A stretch of DNA of 43,637 nucleotides from Psammoneis japonica. Lineage: Eukaryota. A program made the position numbers and the translations under genes. Shown one piece after another: positions 34,840 through 43,637 of the stretch; within the stretch, counting starts at the first letter, position 1; each line of letters opens with the position of its first letter. The DNA is taken from the NCBI GenBank assembly GCA_008632985.1, contig QPGO01000237.1, forward strand, positions 62,001 to 105,637, written 5' to 3'. The notes beneath the pieces are model-generated. The model was not told where the DNA came from, did no database searches, and saw nothing but the letters and a program-made list of their open reading frames with translations.

Positions 34840-37800
34840 CACTGAGCCCCAAGAACACACACACACTGGGAGAATTGTGACCACAGCAAGAGTGGGTGCA
34901 CTGTTCTTCCAGTGAATGGTGCAGTGGTGCATCGTTGCCACTGCCTGAAATGCATGAAGGGTGATGATGGCCACTCAGCATGTCCAAATGTCAGAAGAAA
35001 AGTGGCTGAGCAACATTCTTGGCAAGAGTGTCACTGCAGTTGGCAAAGGTGACAATGTGGTCCAAACAAACAGGATCATGTTCAATCCAACCCTGAAGTG
35101 CAAAATGTCGGGTGTCGACATGTCTAGTGTGGCGGGCAGGTTGGCTGGCACTTGCCATCACAAGGGAAGCATTGTTGCCTTTGCATGTGAAAGCAGGCCT
35201 CATTTGTGGAACTGACAATTCATCTGGAACAGAGTGGAAGCAGAGTGCCATCTCACCAGCACCTGATGCTGCAATGAATTCTGCACCTGGGAGCCGGTGG
35301 ATGCCATCAATTGCGCGTGAGTCTTCCAGGCAACAGCAGCACCAGTGAGGAGAAATGTGGCTCCAGCAATGGAGCAACAATGATTTGTGTTGGCTGGGGA
35401 GGCAGTGGAGCACAGTCACTGGAACTGTTGCAGGGGGGGAATGGCACAAAAGGTTGCACTGGGTTGTTGATGCCAGCAGCATGTGTCAAGCCAAAGTCAG
35501 GGCAGTGCTTCAGATGTCTTGGAGCAGTTTTTGTGCTGTCACAGTGCAAGGAATCCAGGGTTGGATCCAAGCCAGCTCAGTTTGGTGACCGAGAAACTGA
35601 GGTTGATGCGGGTGGCAACCACAGCCCAGATCAACTTGCCAACAGCATTCCTGTGCAAAAAACCACACTGCCATTATGAACTTTTGGAGATGGCAGCAGC
35701 AGCTGGAGCAGGGGCCTCATCAAGGGACTTCATGTGTGAGGCATTAACAGGCATGGGGACAAAAGGAGCAGGCACATGGGCATCATCTGTTTTGGTGAGG
35801 AATGGACAGTTTGCAAGCATCCATTTCATGCAGGAAGTGCCATGGAGATGAAGGCATTCTTTGGGCTGTTTGATGTCATGCCCAAAAAAAGAGTCAGGAA
35901 GCCCTGGCATTTGACCTCACTGCCAATGAGGTTCTTGTCCATGATTTCAAAAATGCAGTGGTGTGTCTTGTCCAAGTGGGCTGCAACAACAGATTGCTGA
36001 CTTGACAGAAGATCAGCACTTCCTTGCTGTTTGTGATGCACTGAAGATGCAGGTTCATGGGCAGTGGGTGTCAAGTGAAGCTTGTCTGGAGTGATCTTGC
36101 ACACATGAACATTCCAAAGATGTGGGGATTCAGGTTGTCCTTGGAGAGCTCACAGCACAGGGAGAGACAGCCTTTTGGGATGGGTGGATGACCAAGGTGT
36201 TTTGTCCACCAATTCTGGAGGACTTTGCCAACCCACATGCAAAACCACTGTTTCATGGGAGGAGCTTGCATCTGTGCCATGTGCTCATTTGTTCTTGAGA
36301 GCTGCGATGAGAGCAAGAACATTCTTGTGTGCTGGGTTGTTCAACTGATGCAGCACAAGTCTGGGCAGGTGTCTGAACAAAACCAACCCTGACTGTGGGG
36401 CTGTCACCACAGATGCCCTGAGCCTTCTTCATGCCATCAAGATCATTTTTGATGAGATGTGGACTGTGCCCATGGGAAAATGGAAGTGTTGGGTGGCACG
36501 GGTGTCAGTTTGCCGAACATGCCTTGGCCATGGCACATTTAAGTTGTCCAAACTTGCTTGCTTCCCAGTCATCCTGATCATCTTGTGTGGTGAGTTTCTG
36601 TCACATGAGCTTGTGCATGGTGAGAAGAGTGAGATCATGCATGGATTCAAGCTGATGGTGCATGTGGTCAATCTGGTCCAGAAACAGTTGTGGGAGTGCA
36701 GCAGCATCCAAAGTTGGTGAGACATTGTCATGGGCAAAATGCAGAATGATGTCTGGGGATGTGCTGGGTGGATGTCTGCCATTGCTTTGTGTCCAACACA
36801 GCAAAGTCGTGAATTGGGAGGGAATTGACTGACATTGGACATGCCCATTTTAGTCCAGAATGCCACCATGGCACATGTGCAGCTCGTGAGCCAGGAAGGC
36901 AAAATGACAGAAATGCAAACAATGTTTGCAGAGGCTGCAATCAAACTCAAAACCACAACATGGTTTGCGTGCGCCAGTGCTGAGGAGAGGAACATCAAAT
37001 GAATCCTTGCAGGGATTGAATGACACAGCCACAGCAGCCACAGAGTCAGAGGTCATTGGATCCTTGGGGGCAAATGCCACAGCAGCTGCCTGGTGCTCTT
37101 CAGGAGGGACAATTGCCATCTCACTGAGGGGAAAGTTTTGCAAGAGACTTGTCTGGGGGGGAGGGGGCAGGGACAAAGGTTTCTTGGCTGCAAGGGTGGG
37201 CACAGAATGGGTGTGGCATCTGCTGCAGAGGTGTGGGAGGGGTTGCAACCTGCTGAATGCCCAGATCAAAGAGCAATTGTGGACCTTGGGGTCTGGCAGG
37301 TTGGGTGAAGTGTGCCTCATCATGCACTGCATGAGGAGCGGTCTTCTCATGGCCAGCAGTGGCATTGACATGTCAAACATTGCCATCGGCAGTGGCACAG
37401 CCAAGTGACATGACATGGAGTGTGTGTTCATCTAACTTGGCAGCGGGTTTGCCTGGGTGATGAGCACACATGCATGAACCAAAGGCAAGAGAATGGGACA
37501 AATGGGGTGCTGTGCCTGTCCACACTTGATGCAAGGTCATGTCAACAGCAGAGTGCCACAGGCAGTTCTTCAGGTGCACCACGTGAGTGAGAGCATCCAC
37601 CCAGCAGGTCAAATGTCATCATGTTCAAAATCTCCACTCTGCCATTTTGCCATGCAGCATCAGAGCCAGCAGGTTCTACCTCACAATCATGCTTGAGACA
37701 GATCTTCCAAAATTCTTCAGAGTGAGCAAGTTCTCCATCTTGATCTGCCTGAACAGCATGCAAGCCATCATTGCATTTATGTCTGGCAAGAAATGGATCA

Positions 37801-38480
37801 ACCAACCAGCCTGACAGGAGGGCATTTGCCAGGGGGAGTGCAAAAAACCCATGCATGCCATGTCTTGACATCCACAACACCAACAGGTGTGAATTGCAGC
37901 CATCTCGGGATTGTGTGATGCACTTGATGCCATCCCTTTTCTGTTTGAGTTTGATGTGGGGTTTCACATCCATCCCAGATGTGTGCACAAAGCTCAAGGT
38001 CCTGTCTCTGTCAGCATGGAGGCACCCAAAACTAAGAAGGAGAAGGACCTCAAAAAGCAACCAGGTGGCCAAAACATCAAGGCCCACTGTTCTTTAGCTT
38101 TCTGCCACAAGGTGGCAGGTTCTGATGCTGTTGCCCCGGGCACTCTTTTCTGATGCTCTTGAAGAGTCCAGTGAGGCCAAACATGCTTGCAGTGTCTCTG
38201 AACTCATTGCTTTGGCTGTCAACAGCAGGAAAATGATGAACATCTTAGACCAAGTTGTTGCTCTTCATGCAGCTTTTCTGAACAAGGCTTTTGCTGACAG
38301 TGTTTCTCATTTCAAATTCTCAAACCAGCCTCTGAACACCTTGGCATCTGCCCATTCATCCATTGTCAACATTCTCAACATTTTGACTCAGCACATGGAC
38401 ACTTCAGAGCATTCCCAAATTGTTGCTGAAGGGCAGGAGATCTCTTCACACTCTGTTACAAAAAATGCAGATGTGGTGCC
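34840..38480 (-). mobile_element. Copia C: highly decayed Ty1/copia (IN-RT-RH)
   Basis: RHTRHVDTRHFALQGW (RH end) and ADQDGEL...AAWQNGRVE (IN core). Boundaries approximate. Confidence 0.7.
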
Positions 38481-41400
38481 ATGGCTCATGCCACAACACT
38501 CTTGCCCTTGTGTTGTTGGTGCATCATCAACACATGTGTCTGCATGAAGACCCACAAAGATTGTGACCCACTGCTTGTGCCAGTGGCAAGGTGTCGAACA
38601 AATGCTGATTTGGTGTCACGACTCACATTGCAACACTCTTGCCCTTTGGTTGTTGCCATGCTCGTGTCCACGCTGCAACTCCCATGCGATTGGACATTAC
38701 AACCCAAATGCACATCCACAGCTGTTCTCCCAATGCCAGCAATGACTCCACATGCTGACCAAATGCAGACCACTCCATCCAGATTTGCTCGGTCCCCGCA
38801 AGTTGGTGACACTTTGCCAGTTCGTCCAATCAAAACATCCTCTCATGGAGAGATGAAACACATGCCCAATTTGCCACCAGCTGGTCTGGCTTGGGAGGTT
38901 GCAAGGCATGAGTGCCATTTACAAACCCTGGACCTTGGCCACAAGGGACCACCACTGCCAAAACAGAAATGAACACAATTGCCAATGCTTTTCACCTGTC
39001 ACAAGCTTCATCAACAGATCCACCAAATTTGTCTCCGTGTCTCCCTTTCCAACTTTCACAATTCCAGCTGTGCAACTGCCTCTCTCACTGTGTGTGAAAA
39101 TTGACTGCATTGTGCTTCTTGTGTCAATGTGGATTCTGGAAAACTGACATTCTTCACCACACCACGGTTGTCACAAAACACATTTGCCAGTCTTTCCAAC
39201 AGCACTCCAGACATGTGCAACTTGCAACACAAGGCAACAGTCACATCCTTGTAAATGTGCATCGTGACCAATTCACTGCCAAATGTGGAGAACCAAGCTG
39301 CATTCTGCCACTCACTGAACCACATGATTGGAGAATTGTTCATGAAGACAACAGTGCCGGAGTGTGACCTGCGCATGACAACATTTTGGCAATGATTCAC
39401 ATCAACAAAAGCACGCATGGTCACCAGGTTCCCACATGGCTTGGGCACCCCAGGTGGCAATTCCTCTTGACCAATCTGTGGCAGTGTTGAACACAGACTC
39501 ATCAATCTTGAGGTCCTTGGGATCAAATCCACCTCTTCCCCTGCTTGGATGCTTCTTCATGCATGCAAGTGCATGGCACAAGGCTTCCAAATGACCCTTT
39601 TTTGGATTTCCCTGATGTTGAGATGATGGGAACACTTCAAACAAAATGTCAATGTGACCCAACTTGATTGCTCATCTGGCAATGCCAACAAGCTGCAGGT
39701 GTCTGGACATCAACTTGGAACCCAACTCGTCCATCCCATCTAATTCTGGTCAGCACTTTGCCAGGAATGGATCCTTCACATTGTTCTTCAAAACTTCACA
39801 ATCTCCATCCTCACTTGGCAAATCCTCCACCATCTTAGCCGGTGCCGGCTTAGCTGGCAAAGGAGTGATGGCACTTTAAACACAGATCTGGTTTTTTTTT
39901 TAATCACATTCTTGATGCAGTCTTTTGGCAAACTGGCCCAAATCACATGACCGTCCTGTGTCTGCATCTTCTCTGTCATCACTCCCAGACAAGTCTTGGG
40001 CTCAGCACATTCACTCTCAGGCTTGAACTTGTGATGCTCAGCAACAGACTCAACAACTGACTTGCTTTCTTGATGCAACACTGTCAACGCATCATCCGCG
40101 TGGACCAACAGCATCTCATGGCACTCGTGTCTGTCCTCACCAACTGCTGCTCACAGGTGTGCATCGGGGTCCACATGCATTGGCTCAAAACCCATGTCTT
40201 GCAAAGCAGAAGAAAATGCCAATTGCCATGAAAACCCTGCACTCTTCAATCCACAAAGTGCTCTCACCACAACCAATGTGCACCCTTTGAACTTGCCACA
40301 TCAAGCTCCACCTTTGAACCACATCTTCTTTGCGCATGGTGCATTCAAACAGGCATTCTCCAAGTTGATGGCAGTGACACATCCACACTGTTCAAAGCTG
40401 CCAGCATGAAAGCAATCTGCACACTTTCCCTTGAAACAATGCTTGAGCACACAACTGAATCTGGTGCCTTTGCAGTGTGACCTCTAGCCACAAACCTGGC
40501 CTTGCAGGTAAAATCCATCTTGACATCAAATGCCATGTGGTGCTGCACATCCACACAGCTTCTGACTCTTTCCTTCATGGACTTGTTGTAGAGTTTTGCC
40601 ATCATGCTTTTCCCACAACACTTTGGCTCAGTCATTTCCTTGTCAATTGCTCTGGCCCAGCAGTCTGCCCTCCATCTCATGATCAATTTGCAGTGCTTCA
40701 TCAACACTCTTTGGCAACTTAACCCCAAACTTGTGTGCAGTCTGCCAACACTTCGACTTGACCAACACAATTCAGCTCCGCTTCCTCAACACATGAGGTG
40801 CCCACCAGGCAAATGCTGGTTCATCCACAATCCAGTTTGCAACTGCACACTCGGCCACTTCTGTTGGGTTGGAATCTTTTGATGTCCTTCAACTTGACCC
40901 AGTTGGAGCTGCCATCCTTCCATGCCACCAGTGACCACTCTCAGCCTTTCATCATCATTTTCTTCTTGCTCTGGCCTCCTGCAGTCTCAGCCATGCTGTC
41001 ATCCTTTGAAATCACATCTTGAGTCTTCCTGTGATCTTGAACTTCATGGAGGACAGAGAACTGATGACCCTTTTTGTCGACCTGAGCAAACATGTTCTCA
41101 GCTGTGACATTTGCAGTGTGCTCATCTGTTGTCCCATCCACATGCTCAAGTTCACACTCCCTGGTGTCAAATGATGGGTTTCAATGGACAGGTTCTGATG
41201 CCTCCTCCTTCCTGTTGGCTTGCCACAGTGACCTCTCACTCTTTTTGTAACTGCACCACATCTTCTGCCTTCTGTTCCAATGTCTGGGACTAACTCAACA
41301 CCAAGGTGCTGATCTGTGGCTTCTTTGTCATCATCATCATCAGGTTGCACATCATCCAATGGCATGTGACCATGCTCCTCATCATCTGGCACCATTCTCT

Positions 41401-43110
41401 TCCTTGATGCTGTGCTCCATTGTCCCCGTCAACCACATGGTCATCCAAACAGAATGCTGGCACCGCCTTGTCTCCTTCAAGTGTAAAGTTCATGTCATTC
41501 AACCATTTTGTCAAGGCTTTGTTGAACTCATCAATCTGTTTCCTCTTGTCCAACCAAACATGGTCGGCTTGCACAACATGCTCCACTGAGGTCTTGAACA
41601 CCAACTTGCCACTCTTGGTCACAATCTAGTGGCACATGTCCAATCCAACCTTTTGTAAGGACATTCCAAGCCACCTTCCAAGTCACATGGGATCTCAAGT
41701 TGCACTTGGTTTCAAATCCAGTCTGTCCCACCACCAAACTGGGATGCAGAATCCAAAATCCAGGTCCAATCTCTGGCATTTGTCCTGTCACTTTTTCATG
41801 TCCAGTTCTGTGGTCTTGATCTCATGCCATTCTTGACAACAATTCTGCTTCATGCACAAGACCAAAATCCCACAATCGCTTTGGAACCCTCTTCTTGGTC
41901 ATTCGCAATTTCCATCACTTGGCCAAGAAACCTGTCTCCTGTTTTGCTGCATGGTTCCATCTGGTTCTTCCTGCCTTGCTCCAAATTTCTGAGTTGCACA
42001 AGCACTCGCATCGCATGTTTCACAAAATCTGCATTCTGGCCAGTAAATTCTCCTGCTCCATCTGTCAACAAGAACTTGGGTGTTCCAATGTCATCCAAAA
42101 ACTCTCAACTGATGATCACCCTGCCTCTGACCAAGCCATCATTGGGGTCACCTTTACAAACTTTCTTGCCTGAGTGTAAATGTCAACACAAGTGTCACCC
42201 AGCATGGACTTGACCTTTGAGATTAGAGTGTCAGCAAACCACATTCCTTTCAGTCTCTTCTGATGCAAATCCAAATGGTCCATGCGAACAACACATCTTG
42301 ACAATGGTTGTGTCAACCTCCCAACACCTTGCTGAGTCACAATGTTGAGAGCATCCTTTGCCACATCCAGGCCAACATTCCACTTCCTTGCTGGCTCTTC
42401 TGCCACAATGTCAGAGGGTCAATCCTTTGTCTGGAGTTCCAACACCCTGTGCTCTGGCTTGTCAACATCCTCTCTGCAGGTGCACGCGATCTTTGCAAAT
42501 GCAATCATGCGGTCACAAAAGGTTTGGAAGTGATGATTTGGGGACATGCTTGCCACATTCTCCTTGGCTTTTCCCCATTGAACTGCCCCAGACTTTTCCC
42601 ACTCTGCTTTCATTTCCGATGTCTCTGACTTTTGCATGTGGGATGTCAATCATTGGATGGCTTGCATCTCCTGTTGTTCTCTGGTCTCATTCGGGAAACC
42701 CATGTTGACCTCCAATGAATTCCAAGTGTTGCCTGTGAGCAAGACAACTGGCAAATGCTGCTCCTCCCATTCTGCAAGTGCACCAGACTCGAAAGACACA
42801 ACTGTCCCTGTGGTGTGAAAAGGGACAAAAGCTTCTTCCATTGAAATGCCACAGATGTCTTGAGGATCACAGCAATTGTCATTCACTGAGACATTGCATG
42901 CTTGCAACTGATTTGGATTGACAAGGGAATGTTCCATTTGCTGTTCCAACCACAACATTTGGTCACCAACCAACAAGTGCTTGATGCTCACATCTGGATC
43001 TGTCCAAATGGTGCATCATTGCACAATGGAAACTTGTTTAACTGGGTCATGTGATTCAAGAAATGGACTTGCTTCACACACTTTGTTGGTGCACCCACCT
43101 GCATGGGCAC
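38480..43110 (-). mobile_element. Copia D: highly decayed CoDi-type copia (PR-IN-RT-RH, probable 3' LTR from 38837)
   Basis: RKWNVGLD...TQQG and TDGAGE (IN), FDVKMDFTCKARFVA and LVHADD (RT), FCDNRGVV and TNLVDLL (RH). PPT-like GAGAGGA then TG at 38837. Boundaries approximate. Confidence 0.8.
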
Positions 43111-43637
43111 CACATTCATTGTGGAACACATGACTGGGGGACCACGTCATTCGAGATTGGCACTGCATTCACCAACCAAACCCATCTCTTGGAGGTCACC
43201 CCAATCCTTTGGAAACTTCTTGTGACATTGTTTGGGTGGGGTTTAGATGGCACAAGCAGCAACAGCAGAGACAATGCAATCACATTTGTGTGGTGTGCAA
43301 ACAAAGCTGAAGCGCAGCCATCACCCCAAACTGTCAAGAAGGTGCACAAGCACCATGACCAAAGTCTGCTGCCAATGAACAGGCAACCAGTGCAGCATTG
43401 TTGCAACAAGCACCGCGTGTTCATAGCTGGGTGCACATGAGCTGCCACTGTTCTTTGGAACATTGATTGATGCTTGGTGGATGACTCTCACAATCTCCTC
43501 ACAGTTTGTGAGGTTGCGGGCTTCTCATTTCTCACATTTGTCATGCATTGACATTGTCATCTGTTTGCAACAAGGTGTCAGCTTGCATTGACTGGCATCA
43601 GCACATTCTCATTTACAACCAAGCAATAGCCCAGTGC

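Noticed and set aside
34900..43637. Many overlapping Cys/His-rich ORFs suggesting metal-binding proteins
   Set aside because: TpA loss removes TAA/TAG in all frames and CA/TG excess inflates Cys/His. The real content is decayed copia.
43110..43637. Gag or 5' LTR of copia D
   Set aside because: No match to the presumed 3' LTR and no recognisable Gag motif.

Overview
Eukaryotic, TE-dense window, most likely from a diatom. This is inferred from CoDi-type Ty1/copia elements, an Ambal-type LINE and short GT-AG introns. One intact host gene (4-exon SLC10/BASS transporter, 9534-11276) sits as an island. A decayed WDR18/IPI3-like gene copy lies divergently to it. Most of the rest is retroelements. 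A three-layer nest has target-site duplications at every level: copia B (12087-34816) contains a full-length Ambal-like LINE (16583-33086), which contains young copia A (21589-28695). There is also a non-autonomous relative of copia A with a telescoped Gag-pol ORF and a 42-bp hairpin repeat array (1976-5570), plus older decayed copia relics. The most striking signal is a pervasive TpA->TpG/CpA mutation bias, with Tyr->Cys/His at conserved motifs. It appears confined to repeats and pseudogenes, acts on both strands after integration and runs opposite to fungal RIP. It is a candidate undescribed genome-defence or mutational process. All assignments were made by eye without database searches.
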